A stretch of DNA of 64,000 nt from Alphaproteobacteria bacterium (GCA_965227515.1 CBDDFZ010000001.1:3008001-3072000), one strand, 5' to 3'; positions 40,735 through 50,502 are shown, numbered from the stretch's first letter. Notes: generated by a model from the letters alone, not told the origin. Numbers and translations: made by a program.

Positions 40735-42726
40735 TTATACCAAATCCACGTCCGACACGATCTCCACGATGGCCGGGCCGTCATAAGCCAGTGCCTCTTG
40801 GATCGCCTCGTCCAGGTCCCCGGCCTTCGTCACCCGCCGGCCGTGGCCGCCGCACAACCGGGCGTAGGAGGCGAAGCTGGGGTTGTGCAGGCTGGTCTGC
40901 CACACCTGCCATTGCCCGGCGCGCTGTTCCTTGGAGATCTTCCCGAGTTCGCTGTTGTTGAGCAGGATGTGGGTGATGTCCATGCCGTACTTCACGGCGG
41001 TGGTGAACTCGCCCATGTACTGGCCGAAGCCGCCGTCGCCGCTGACCGACACCACCTTGCGGCCGGCCAGGTCGGGGATGTCGCGGGTCGCCGCCCAGGC
41101 GCCCATCGCGGCGGGGAAGCCGAAGCCGATGGAGCCGAGGTAGCCGGACATCATCACCGCCTGGCCGGCGCATTCGAAATAGCGGCCGAACGAGTAGGTG
41201 TTGTTGCCGACGTCGACCGCGATCACCGCGTCGTCGGGCACCTGGCGGGTCATGGCAGCGAAGACGGCAGCGGACGCGATGCCCTTGCCGCGGTCCTCGT
41301 CGATCCGCTTGGCCTTTTCCGCGCGCCACTCGGCCCAGCGCGCGGCGATCTCTTCGCGCTGGTTGACGGCGTCGGGCCGCGCCGGCAGGCGCTCGCGCAT
41401 CAGGGTGGCGGTCACCGCCACGTCGCCCCACACCGGCACCGCCACCGGGTGGAACTTGCCCAGGTGCATGCGATCGAAGTCGACCTGGACGATGGGCTTC
41501 GACGGCTCGATGCCGGTGTGGTTGGAGAACGAGGACCCGAACGCCAGGATCAGGTCGCACTCGTTCATGAACCAACTGGCGATGGGCGTGCCGGAGCGGC
41601 CGAGCACGCCGGCGGCGAGCGGATGGGTGTCGGCGATCTGGCCCTTGGCCTTGAACGTGGTCAGCACCGGCGCGTCCAGCGCCTCGGCCAGTGCCACCAC
41701 GTCGGCCATGCCCTCCTTGGCGCCGTAGCCGACGATGACGATGGGGCGCTTGGCGCCCGCAATCGCCGCCATGGCGTCGTCCAGCGCCTCGGCGGGCGGC
41801 GAGATCGCGGGTGCGGCCACCCGCCCGCCGGGGCCGGAGGCCTTGGCGCCCTCCGCCCGTGGGATGGTCTGCACGTCGTCGGGGAAGATCAGGTGCGCGA
41901 CATCGCGCTCCACCACCGCGTTCTTCGCCGCCAGCGTCATCAGCTCGGCGTGGTTGGAGGTGTGGAGCACGGTCTGGCTGAACCGGCTGACCGCCGCGAA
42001 CGCCGAGGCGAGGTCGATCTCCTGGAACGCGCCGGGCCCGAACACCTGCACGTTGACCTGGCCGGTCAGCGCCAGCACCGGCGCGCGGTCGACCTTGGCG
42101 TCCCACAAGCCGGTCAGCAGGTTGGTGGCGCCGGGGCCGGCAATCGCCAGGCAGGCCGCCGGCTTGCCGGAGAGCTTGGCGTAGCCGGAACAGGCAAAAG
42201 ACGCAGCACCCTCGTGACGGATGCCGATGAACTCCAGATTGCCCTTGGTCTCCTGCACCCGCAGCGCATCGGCCAGCCCCAGATTGGAGTGGCCGACCAT
42301 GCCGAACACGCGCTTGACGCCCCAGTTGACCATGGTTTCGGCCATCACGTCGCTGATGGTCGCGGTGCGCTCCGGCTCCGCCTCGACGCCGACATAGATG
42401 CCGTCGTCGCGAACCTCGACCGGGTACATCTCCTGGCCGGTGTCCTCATGGCCGCCGGGCGGCAGGCCGGTCAGCGGATCGAAGTCCCAGCCGTGCCAGG
42501 GGCAGCGCAGCCAGCACTTGCCCTCCACACCGGTCTCAATCGAGCCTTCGCCCAGCGGACCGCCCTGGTGCGGGCAGCGGTTGTCCATCGCCGCGTACTG
42601 GCCCTGGAAGTGGGTGAGGGCGACGCTGACGCTGCCGGCGACGGCGGTCTTGACCCGGCCCTCGGCCAGTTCGCCCGGCTCCGCCACCTTGTGCCAGTCC
42701 CGATCAGGCGCGGCTGTGTCGGACAT
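40735..42726 (-). CDS. Rieske [2Fe-2S] domain fused to a pyruvate-oxidase-like ThDP enzyme
   Basis: N-terminal CPHQGGPL...CPWHGWDF. Then IRHEGAASF, GPGATNLLTGLWDA, SIGFGFPAAMGA and the ThDP motif GDGGF...LNN. Confidence 0.9.
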   Translation of the reverse strand: MSDTAAPDRDWHKVAEPGELAEGRVKTAVAGSVSVALTHFQGQYAAMDNRCPHQGGPLGEGSIETGVEGKCWLRCPWHGWDFDPLTGLPPGGHEDTGQEMYPVEVRDDGIYVGVEAEPERTATISDVMAETMVNWGVKRVFGMVGHSNLGLADALRVQETKGNLEFIGIRHEGAASFACSGYAKLSGKPAACLAIAGPGATNLLTGLWDAKVDRAPVLALTGQVNVQVFGPGAFQEIDLASAFAAVSRFSQTVLHTSNHAELMTLAAKNAVVERDVAHLIFPDDVQTIPRAEGAKASGPGGRVAAPAISPPAEALDDAMAAIAGAKRPIVIVGYGAKEGMADVVALAEALDAPVLTTFKAKGQIADTHPLAAGVLGRSGTPIASWFMNECDLILAFGSSFSNHTGIEPSKPIVQVDFDRMHLGKFHPVAVPVWGDVAVTATLMRERLPARPDAVNQREEIAARWAEWRAEKAKRIDEDRGKGIASAAVFAAMTRQVPDDAVIAVDVGNNTYSFGRYFECAGQAVMMSGYLGSIGFGFPAAMGAWAATRDIPDLAGRKVVSVSGDGGFGQYMGEFTTAVKYGMDITHILLNNSELGKISKEQRAGQWQVWQTSLHNPSFASYARLCGGHGRRVTKAGDLDEAIQEALAYDGPAIVEIVSDVDLV

Positions 42727-42888
42727 GCTGCCTCCTTTTGCACTTTGCCAGAATATTTGACATTACTGGATCGTGGCGGGCGCGAAAGCCCCTCACAATG
42801 ACTTAACCATTTCGTGGCCTTCCGCCGCGCCGTGCAACCGCTTATTCTGCGCGATGCATCGCCCCAACTCCGGCACCATTCCCTACAG

Positions 42889-43122
42889 ATGACCGCGGCC
42901 GAGATCATCGTCGAAATTGTAGTCTGGTATGGCTATGCCGGTTGCGCCGTCGCGGCCGCATTCCTGCTGGTCGGCATCGACCGGATCGATCCGGGGGCGG
43001 GCGGTGCCTATCTGTTCCGCGTGCTGTTGGCGCCTGGCGTGATCGTGCTCTGGCCGCTGGTGCTGTGGATCTGGCTGCGGCGCGAGATGTCCGGGCGCCC
43101 CGCATCCGACGAGACCGCCTGA
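42889..43122 (+). CDS. Small two-TM membrane protein
   Basis: MTAAEIIVEIVVWYG...GIDRIDPGA...FRVLLAPGVIVLWPLVLW. First gene of a coupled operon. Confidence 0.7.
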   Translation: MTAAEIIVEIVVWYGYAGCAVAAAFLLVGIDRIDPGAGGAYLFRVLLAPGVIVLWPLVLWIWLRREMSGRPASDETA

Positions 43123-43280
43123 TGCAACGACGCCACCGCGTGGCGCACAGGCGCGCCTGGCTGCTGATCGCGGTCGTGCTGCCGGTGCTGTTCGTGCTTG
43201 CCCTGGCGGTGCGGCCGGACCTGCCGGTGGACGAGGACGCCCAGCAGTTTCGTGCTCAGCACATGGACGGCGAGGGCTAG
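43122..43280 (+). CDS. Small single-TM protein
   Basis: MQRRHRVAHRRAWLLIAVVLPVLFVLALAVRP. TGATG coupling to the upstream gene. Confidence 0.65.
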   Translation: MQRRHRVAHRRAWLLIAVVLPVLFVLALAVRPDLPVDEDAQQFRAQHMDGEG

Positions 43281-43283
43281 CCG

Positions 43284-44342
43284 GTGGGCGTGCGCTACCG
43301 CCCGGTTCAGTGGAACCGCAACAAGTACGTATACGACATCGTGCTGATCGTGCTGGTGGTGGCCTACATCTGGCTGTTCATCATGCTGGCGCCGGACCTG
43401 CTCGACTTCCAGCGCCCGGTCGACCGCTGGATCGTGCGCATGCGCGCGTTCGGCACCTGCGCGTTCCTGATGCTGACGCTGATCCTGTGCATCGGCCCGA
43501 TGGCCCGGCTCGACAGGCGCTGGCTGCCGCTGCTCTACAACCGGCGCCATTTCGGCGTGCTGACCGCGTTCGTGGCGGCGGCGCACCTGATCGCGGTGCT
43601 GGACTGGTATCACTCGTTCAGCCCGACCGCGCCGTGGGTATCGCTGCTCACCAGCAACACCGCCTACGACAGTTTCGCCGGCTTCCCGTTCGAGGCGCTG
43701 GGCCTGTTGGCGTTCGGCATCCTGCTGGTGATGGCCGCCACCAGTCATGACTTCTGGCTCAACTTCCTCGGCCCGCCGCTGTGGAAGGGCCTGCACATGC
43801 TGGTCTACCTGGCCTATGCGGCGGTGGTGATGCACGTGTCGCTGGGGCTGTTGCAGTCCGAGCAGCATCCGTTCTTCGTGATCATGGTGGCGGCGAGCCT
43901 GGTCGCGGTGATCGGCCTCCACCTGATGGCCGCGCGCAAGGAGCGGCGGCGCGAGAACGACACCGCCTCGGTTGCCGAAGGCGACTGGATCGACGCCGGC
44001 CCGGTCGGCGCGCTGGAGCCGGACCGGGGCAAGGTGGTGGCGCTGGAGGATGGCGAGCGGATCGCGCTGTTTCGCTCCGGCGACAAGGTCGGCGCGCTGG
44101 CCAATGTGTGCGCGCACCAGAACGGCCCGCTGGGCGAGGGGCGCATCATCGACGGCTGCGTCACCTGCCCATGGCACGGCTTTCAGTACCGGTTGAACGA
44201 CGGTTGCTCGCCGCCGCCGTTCACCGAGAAGGTGGCGACCTATCGCGTGCGGCTGGCCGGCGACCGGGTGCAGATCGACCGGCGGCCGCTGCCCGCCGGC
44301 ACGCCGGTGGACCTGGCGACGATCCCGGAGGACCTGCGATGA
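43284..44342 (+). CDS. Ferric-reductase-like (heme b) transmembrane domain fused to a C-terminal Rieske domain
   Basis: YNRRHFGV, AAHL, ATSHD, WKGLHMLVY and VMHV are heme-ligand-type motifs as in MsrQ/FRD. The C-terminus has CAHQNGPL...CPWHGFQY. Confidence 0.88.
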   Translation: MGVRYRPVQWNRNKYVYDIVLIVLVVAYIWLFIMLAPDLLDFQRPVDRWIVRMRAFGTCAFLMLTLILCIGPMARLDRRWLPLLYNRRHFGVLTAFVAAAHLIAVLDWYHSFSPTAPWVSLLTSNTAYDSFAGFPFEALGLLAFGILLVMAATSHDFWLNFLGPPLWKGLHMLVYLAYAAVVMHVSLGLLQSEQHPFFVIMVAASLVAVIGLHLMAARKERRRENDTASVAEGDWIDAGPVGALEPDRGKVVALEDGERIALFRSGDKVGALANVCAHQNGPLGEGRIIDGCVTCPWHGFQYRLNDGCSPPPFTEKVATYRVRLAGDRVQIDRRPLPAGTPVDLATIPEDLR

Positions 44343-45112
44343 CCGACCGCGACCGCAAGCCCAGCCGTGATGCGTTCTTCGTCGGCTACCTGCCGGTGCC
44401 AAAGCCGCTGGCGCTGTTCCTGGCCGGGCTGGTCGGCGTGCTGACCTGTTTCGCGGCGGGCGCGGCCCTGGCCCTGGCGCTCTCGCAAAGCGACCCCGGC
44501 GACGCTCATGTCGACGGCCCGGCCGAGATCCACACCGGCTATCTGTCCGTCGATCCCTATCCGTTGCTGCACCTGCCGCCCGACGATGCGCACCCGCTGG
44601 GCCGCACGTTGCCGATGGCCGGCATCGGCAAGATCGGCATCCCGGCGGAGGCCGAGGCGCTCGCCGGGCAGTGGGTCGATGCCAGAGGCGTGTTGCGCAC
44701 CCGCGGCGCCCACCAGTTGTTCGAGACCCGCGGCCGCGACCCCATCGTCGTCGCCGCCGAAGGTGGCGCGGTACCCGGCAACTTCGATCCCGTGGCGGTC
44801 GAGGATCTGGGCGAGGTCACCGTGCGCGGCGAGATCGTCGATCCGAAGTGCTTCCTGGGCGCCATGCGGCCCGGTTGCGGCAAGATGCACATGGCCTGCG
44901 CCAACCGCTGCCTGCTGGGCGGCGTGCCGCCGATGCTGGCGTCGTTCGGCGCGGAAGACGCATTCGAGATGTTCCTGCTGACCGACGAGGACGGCAACGA
45001 CATCACCGAACAGGTGCTGGACTGGACCTCGCTGCCGGTGTCGGTGACAGGGGCGCTGGAGCGGCGCGGTGACCTGTTCGTCCTCAAAGTCACAGACATC
45101 GAGGCGCTGTAG
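44339..45112 (+). CDS. Membrane-anchored hypothetical protein with a Cys/His cluster
   Basis: FFVGYLP, one TM segment, then GEIVDPKCFLGAMRPGCGKMHMACANRCLLGG. ATGA overlap with the upstream gene. Confidence 0.8.
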   Translation: MTDRDRKPSRDAFFVGYLPVPKPLALFLAGLVGVLTCFAAGAALALALSQSDPGDAHVDGPAEIHTGYLSVDPYPLLHLPPDDAHPLGRTLPMAGIGKIGIPAEAEALAGQWVDARGVLRTRGAHQLFETRGRDPIVVAAEGGAVPGNFDPVAVEDLGEVTVRGEIVDPKCFLGAMRPGCGKMHMACANRCLLGGVPPMLASFGAEDAFEMFLLTDEDGNDITEQVLDWTSLPVSVTGALERRGDLFVLKVTDIEAL

Positions 45113-45118
45113 ACGGCC

Positions 45119-45337
45119 ATGCCCGCCATTCGACACATCGTCGGCCTCGCCGTCTTCCTCGCCATGCTGGCGCTGAGCTACCTGTTCTGGGGCGAGATCA
45201 CCGGCTGGCTGCGCGGCACCTTCCTCAGCGACATGCCGGTGCTGGCGTTCGTGTTCGCCTTCATCGTCGTGTTCTGGGTACTGGAATGGCTGGGCGGCAA
45301 GCTCGCCGCGCTGATGCCGGACGGCGCCGATCACTGA
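45119..45337 (+). CDS. Small two-TM membrane protein
   Basis: 72-aa hydrophobic ORF inside the operon. Confidence 0.65.
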   Translation: MPAIRHIVGLAVFLAMLALSYLFWGEITGWLRGTFLSDMPVLAFVFAFIVVFWVLEWLGGKLAALMPDGADH

Positions 45338-45361
45338 GTACAAGAATATGCGCAAGGGGAA

Positions 45362-46978
45362 ATGCCGATGAACAAGGTCGCCATCATGGCCTGGGACGAT
45401 CTGCCCGACCGCGACCCGCAATATGCGCTGGTCGCCAATGTCGACCTCGTCGTCGTGCGCTATGACGACAAGGTGTCGGTGCTCTATGGCCGCTGCCACC
45501 ACCGTGGCGCGCTGCTGGCCGACGGCTTCATCAGCGGCGAGAACCTGATCTGCGGCGTCCACCATTGGGACTACCGCTACGACACCGGCATCTCCGAGTA
45601 CAACAACGCCGAGATCCTGGACAAGTTCAGCGCCTGGGTGGAGGACGGGCAGGTCTGGGTCGACGCCGATGAGATCGCGGCCTGGGAGACCGACCACCCG
45701 CAGCCCTATAATCGCAAGGCCTATCTGGGCCTCTATGCCGACATGCACGGGGCCGAGGAAGAGCCCCACGTCAAGCTGATCCAGGGCTATGCCCGCAGCG
45801 GCCTGAAGAAGACCGGCCACCACGGCGTGGTCGACGCCATGGGCGTGCCGCGCCAGGACCTGCCGACCTGGGACGACATCCAGTTCATCACCGCGCAGTT
45901 GCATCGCCCGCCGCTGCTGGATGAGGAGGACGTCGGGTCGGAGGTGGTGATCGGCCCCAACGCACAGAAGCCGCTGAAGCTCGATATCCCGCTGCTGGTC
46001 TCCGACATGAGCTTCGGCGCGTTGTCGGAGCGGGCCAAGGTCTCGCTGGCCAAGGGCGCCGAGCAGGCCGGCACCGGCATCTGCTCCGGCGAGGGCGGCA
46101 TGCTGCCCGACGAGCAGGAGGCCAACACGCGCTACTTCTACGAGCTGGCGTCGGCCCGGTTCGGCTTCAGCATGGACAAGGTGAAGCGCTGCCAGGCGTT
46201 CCACTTCAAGGGCGGGCAGGGCGCCAAGACCGGCACCGGCGGCCATCTGCCGGGCAACAAGGTGGTCGGCCGCATTGCCGAGGTGCGCGGCCTGGAGGAA
46301 GGCACGCCGGCGGTCTCGCCGGCCCGCTTCCCGGACTGGACCACCACCACCCAGATCCGCGACTTCGCCAACGAGGTGCGTGACGCCACCGGCGGCATCC
46401 CCATCGGCTACAAGCTCTCCGCCCAGCACATCGAGAAGGACATCGACGCAGCCCTGGAAGTCGGCGTCGACTACATCATCCTGGACGGGCGCGGCGGCGG
46501 CACCGGCGCGGCACCCATCATCTTCCGCGACAACATCTCGGTGCCGACGATCCCGGCGCTGGCCCGCGCGCGCCGCCATCTCGACCGGCAGGGCCGCGGC
46601 GACATCACGCTTGTGATCACCGGGGGCTTGCGCAAGCCGGCCGACTTCGCCAAGGCGCTGGCGCTGGGGGCCGACGCCATCGGGCTGTCGAACGCAGCGC
46701 TACAGGCCATCGGCTGCCTGGGCATGCGCGCCTGCCACACCAACAACTGCCCGGTCGGCATCGCCACCCAGAAGCCGCACCTGACGTCCCGCATCGATAT
46801 CGACAAATCGGCGGCGCGGCTGGCTCGCTTCTTCGAGACGGCGGTGGAGCTGATCAAGATTCTGGCCCGCGCCTGCGGCCACCGCCATTTGAACCAGTTC
46901 TCGGTCGACGACCTCGTCACCTGGAAGCGCGACATGGCCGACCTCTCCGGCGTCGCTTACGGCGGGGTAGGGGCGTAG
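45362..46978 (+). CDS. Rieske domain fused to a glutamate-synthase FMN-binding domain (no glutaminase domain)
   Basis: CHHRGALL...CGVHHWDY Rieske motif. Then SDMSFGALS, SGEGGM, GQGAKTGTGGHLP, DGRGGGTGAAP, ITGGLR and the [3Fe-4S] motif CLGMRACHTNNCPVGIATQ. Confidence 0.9.
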   Translation: MPMNKVAIMAWDDLPDRDPQYALVANVDLVVVRYDDKVSVLYGRCHHRGALLADGFISGENLICGVHHWDYRYDTGISEYNNAEILDKFSAWVEDGQVWVDADEIAAWETDHPQPYNRKAYLGLYADMHGAEEEPHVKLIQGYARSGLKKTGHHGVVDAMGVPRQDLPTWDDIQFITAQLHRPPLLDEEDVGSEVVIGPNAQKPLKLDIPLLVSDMSFGALSERAKVSLAKGAEQAGTGICSGEGGMLPDEQEANTRYFYELASARFGFSMDKVKRCQAFHFKGGQGAKTGTGGHLPGNKVVGRIAEVRGLEEGTPAVSPARFPDWTTTTQIRDFANEVRDATGGIPIGYKLSAQHIEKDIDAALEVGVDYIILDGRGGGTGAAPIIFRDNISVPTIPALARARRHLDRQGRGDITLVITGGLRKPADFAKALALGADAIGLSNAALQAIGCLGMRACHTNNCPVGIATQKPHLTSRIDIDKSAARLARFFETAVELIKILARACGHRHLNQFSVDDLVTWKRDMADLSGVAYGGVGA

Positions 46979-47003
46979 CGCAGACCTGGCAACACACCGC
47001 CGC

Positions 47004-47059
47004 GTAGCCTGGGTGGAGCGCAGCGAAACCCGGGTTCCACTTCGTTCCACCCAGGCTAC
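47004..47059. repeat. GTAG-type REP doublet (collapsed)
   Basis: GTAGCCTGGGTGGAGCGCAGCGAAACCCGGGTTCCACTTCGTTCCACCCAGGCTAC. Same family as 22295-22375. Confidence 0.8.
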
Positions 47060-47099
47060 AGGCGTCGAGCCCTTAGCGCCGTCCTGGCAACACTCTCGA

Positions 47100-47247
47100 C
47101 GTCATGCGCGGACTTGTGGAGCCTGCCCTCGGACTTGATCCGAGGGGGCATCCACGTCTTGCATCGACCGCCCCAAAGTCGTGGATGGTCCCTCGGGACC
47201 GGCCGGAGGCCGGCCCAAGGACAGGCTCGCCAAGCCCGACCATGACG
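47100..47247. repeat. Composite CGTC-type REP element
   Basis: CGTCATG...CATCCACGTCTT...GTCGTGGATGGTC...AAGCCCGACCATGACG, as at 29034-29121, with extra nested hairpins. Confidence 0.75.
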
Positions 47248-47264
47248 ATGGAGTTTACCCGGTC

Positions 47265-48068
47265 CTAAGGCGACGGCTGGTTCCAGGGCGGTGCGTTCCA
47301 GTACTGCTGCGAGCGTTCGACCGCGTCGCAGTCCACCGGCTCGCTGGCCTGAACGGGCACGACCGCCACCGTGGGCGGCTGGTCCCCGGCCACTTCCAGC
47401 ACCAGCTTGCGGCGGATGGTGGCGGCCAGATCGTCGGGGTCGGAGACCGGAATGACGAACGCCCCCGGCCCGCCGACCACGCAGTCCCAGTAGTACCGGT
47501 CCAGCGGCACGCTGGCGACCGACGGGCGGATCATGATGGGCAAGCCGTTGATGACGAAACCGGCGTCGACCGCGATGTCGCGGGCATAGGTCGCCGGAAT
47601 GCGGTCGCGGTTGGCGCCGTCGCCCGACACGTCGATGATGCGGCGGGTGCCTTCGAAGCCGTTGCCCCGGAACAGGCCGGTGCCGAACGCCAGCGCGCCC
47701 GAGATGGACGTGCCGCGGATGAACGCGATCGGCTGCGCCTCTAACTCGGCCACGAAAGCCAGCGCACTCTCCGCACCGTCGATCAGCCGCCACGGCACCA
47801 CCACGACCTGGCGATCCGGCCCCGCCCATTCCATGTAGCTCAGCGCGATCTGGCCGAGGAAGCCCGCCTCGACCGCGCTCAGGAATTCCGGGTGTTGCAG
47901 GGCCTGCAGGTAGCCCGCGCGCTGCACCGCGTGTTCCTGGGCGTCCATCGAGCCGGAGACGTCGACGGCCAGCAGCAGTTCGATGTCGACGGCCATGTCT
48001 TGGGCCCGGGCCGGACCGAGGCCGGCGACCAGCGCCGCAACAATGCCCAGCATGCGAACTGCGTGCAT
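47265..48068 (-). CDS. DUF1194 family (vWA-like) secreted protein
   Basis: Signal peptide, ELLLAVDVSGSMD, TSISGAL, IDVSGDGAN, INGLPI and VVGGPGAFV motifs. Confidence 0.88.
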   Translation of the reverse strand: MHAVRMLGIVAALVAGLGPARAQDMAVDIELLLAVDVSGSMDAQEHAVQRAGYLQALQHPEFLSAVEAGFLGQIALSYMEWAGPDRQVVVVPWRLIDGAESALAFVAELEAQPIAFIRGTSISGALAFGTGLFRGNGFEGTRRIIDVSGDGANRDRIPATYARDIAVDAGFVINGLPIMIRPSVASVPLDRYYWDCVVGGPGAFVIPVSDPDDLAATIRRKLVLEVAGDQPPTVAVVPVQASEPVDCDAVERSQQYWNAPPWNQPSP

Positions 48069-48232
48069 CGCGAACCCCGCCTCCTTGCTGCTAGCGAGAC
48101 TCTAGGGATCGGCCACCCAGGCCGGCAAGGGCGCGACACCAACTCGTGAAACGCTGGCCGGAAACCGCGTGCCGGTCGTGTCGACGCTGCGCTATATTCC
48201 CAGCTTGAGCATGATCGTTCTATTCGGCACCG

Positions 48233-48297
48233 GCCCTCTCCCCCACCCGGCCGCCCACGACAGTATCCTGGTTGGGCGGCCGGGTGGGGGAGAGGGC
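48233..48297. repeat. Perfect 25-bp inverted repeat (hairpin)
   Basis: GCCCTCTCCCCCACCCGGCCGCCCA (48233-48257) and TGGGCGGCCGGGTGGGGGAGAGGGC (48273-48297). Confidence 0.85.
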
Positions 48298-48340
48298 TGG
48301 CGCAGAATCGGCGCAAGCTGATCCCGATCCAAGAGGTGCC

Positions 48341-50419
48341 ATGCCACGCGATCCCGATCCCGTCTTCGTTCCCTCGGTCTGCCCGCACGATTGCCCCAGC
48401 ACGTGCGCGCTGGAGGTGGAGCGCATCGACGAGCGCACCATCGGCCGCGTGCGCGGTGCCGCAGACAACACCTACACGGCGGGCGTCGTCTGCGCGAAAG
48501 TCGCGCGCTACCAGGAGCGCCAGCACCATCCCGACCGGCTGACCCGGCCGCTGGTCCGCACCGGCGACAAGATGGTGGGGCGGGAGGCGTTTCGGGAGAT
48601 CGGCTGGGACGAGGCGCTTGATATCGTCGCCGACCGCTTCAAGGCGGTGGTGGCGGCCGACGGCACCGAGGCGGTTTGGCCGTATTTCTATGCCGGTACC
48701 ATGGGCCACTTGCAGCGCGACGGCATCGAGCGGTTGCGCCATGTCATGCGCTATTCCGGCCAGAAGAGCACCATCTGCGTGGCGCTGTCGGATGCCGGCT
48801 GGCTTGCCGGTGCGGGCATCAAGCGTGGCGCCGACACCCGCGAGATCGACGAGGCCGATCTGATCGTGGTTTGGGGCGGCAACCCGGTCGCCACCCAGGT
48901 CAACGTGATGACCCACGTCACCAAGGCCCGCAAGGCCCGTGGCGCCAAGCTGGCGGTGGTCGACCCTTACCGCACCGGCACGGCGGAGGCGGCCGACATC
49001 CACCTGGCGCTGAGGCCGGGCACCGACGCGGCACTCGCCTGCGCGGTGATGCACGTGATGTTCAGGGACGGCACCGCCGACCGCGACTACATGGCGCGCT
49101 TTGCCGACGATCCGGCCGGGCTGGAGGCGCATCTGGCGACCCGCGGGCCGGACTGGGCTGCCGAGATCACCGGCCTGACGGTCGAGGAGATTGAGGCGTT
49201 CGCCAGGATCTATGGCACCACCGACCGCGCCTTCATCCGCCTCGGCTACGGCTTTTCGCGTGCACGCAATGGGGCGGCCAATATGCACGCGGCCGCCAGC
49301 CTGCCGGTGGTGGGCGGCAAGTGGCGGCACAAGGGCGGCGGCGCGCACTATTCGAATGCGCCGGGCGCCTTCTACCCGCTCGACAAGACCTTCATCGAGG
49401 GCAAGGACCGCATCGACCCGTCGATCCGGGTGCTGGACCAGTCGCGCCTGGGCCCGGTGCTGACCGGCGACCGCCGCGACCTGGGCGACGGCCCGCCGGT
49501 GAACGCGATGCTGATCCAGAACACCAACCCGGTGGTGGTCTGCCCGGAATCGCTCAAGGTGCGCGAAGGCTTCCTGCGCGACGACCTGTTCGTCTGCGTC
49601 CACGAGCAGTTCATGACCGAGACCGCGGCGATGGCCGATATCGTGCTGCCGGCCCAGACCTCGATGGAATATGCCGACATCTACACCTCCGGCGGCCACA
49701 CCCACCTGCACATTACCAGGCCGGTGGTGGAGGCGCCCGGCGAATGCCGCTCCAACCACGCGGTCATCTGCGCGCTCGCCAAGCGGCTGGGCGCCGAGCA
49801 CCCGGCGTTCGACATGGACGACTGGGAAGTGCTGGACGAGACATGCCGCCAGTCGGGCCTGCCGCCGGCCGACGAATTCGCGGCCGCCAAGTGGATCGAC
49901 TTCGTCAAGCCGTTCGAGGAGGCGCATTTCCTCACCGGCTTCGGCCATGCCGACGGCAAGTGGCACTTCAAGGCGGACTGGCAGGGCATGGGCGATGTCG
50001 ACGGGCGGCTGTCGCCGTTCCCCGACCACAATCTGGTCTATGACCTGACCGACGACGACCACCCGTTCCGGATGGTGACGGCGCCGGCGCGCCAGTACCT
50101 GAACACCAGCTTCACCGAGACGCCGACCAGCAGGAAGCGCGAGGGCCGGCCGACCGCCAAGATGCACGCCGACGACATGGCGGCCCTGGGGGTGCGCGGT
50201 GGCGACCGGGTGCGGCTCGGCAACCGGCTGGGCTCGGTGGTCGTGCATGCGGCCGCCGCCGATGGCCAGCGGCCGGGCACGGTGGTGGTGGAGGGGATCT
50301 GGCCGAACCACGCCTTCGAGGAGGGGATCGGCATCAACACGCTGATCAGCGCCGAGCCCGGGCTGCCGGCCGGCGGCGCCGTGTTCCACGATACCGCGAT
50401 CTGGGTGCGGGCGGCTTGA
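48341..50419 (+). CDS. Cytoplasmic molybdopterin (bis-MGD) oxidoreductase family protein
   Basis: N-terminal CPHDCPSTC...C [4Fe-4S] motif, then RLTRPL, VVDPYRT, LRPGTDAALA and TETAAMADIVLPA. No Tat signal. Confidence 0.92.
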   Translation: MPRDPDPVFVPSVCPHDCPSTCALEVERIDERTIGRVRGAADNTYTAGVVCAKVARYQERQHHPDRLTRPLVRTGDKMVGREAFREIGWDEALDIVADRFKAVVAADGTEAVWPYFYAGTMGHLQRDGIERLRHVMRYSGQKSTICVALSDAGWLAGAGIKRGADTREIDEADLIVVWGGNPVATQVNVMTHVTKARKARGAKLAVVDPYRTGTAEAADIHLALRPGTDAALACAVMHVMFRDGTADRDYMARFADDPAGLEAHLATRGPDWAAEITGLTVEEIEAFARIYGTTDRAFIRLGYGFSRARNGAANMHAAASLPVVGGKWRHKGGGAHYSNAPGAFYPLDKTFIEGKDRIDPSIRVLDQSRLGPVLTGDRRDLGDGPPVNAMLIQNTNPVVVCPESLKVREGFLRDDLFVCVHEQFMTETAAMADIVLPAQTSMEYADIYTSGGHTHLHITRPVVEAPGECRSNHAVICALAKRLGAEHPAFDMDDWEVLDETCRQSGLPPADEFAAAKWIDFVKPFEEAHFLTGFGHADGKWHFKADWQGMGDVDGRLSPFPDHNLVYDLTDDDHPFRMVTAPARQYLNTSFTETPTSRKREGRPTAKMHADDMAALGVRGGDRVRLGNRLGSVVVHAAAADGQRPGTVVVEGIWPNHAFEEGIGINTLISAEPGLPAGGAVFHDTAIWVRAA

Positions 50420-50502
50420 CCGGGCCACTACCCCGTGACTGGAAATTGGCGCACCGGCGCAACACATTAAGGCTGTAACCACAACCGCCTGAATGGAGCC
50501 AG

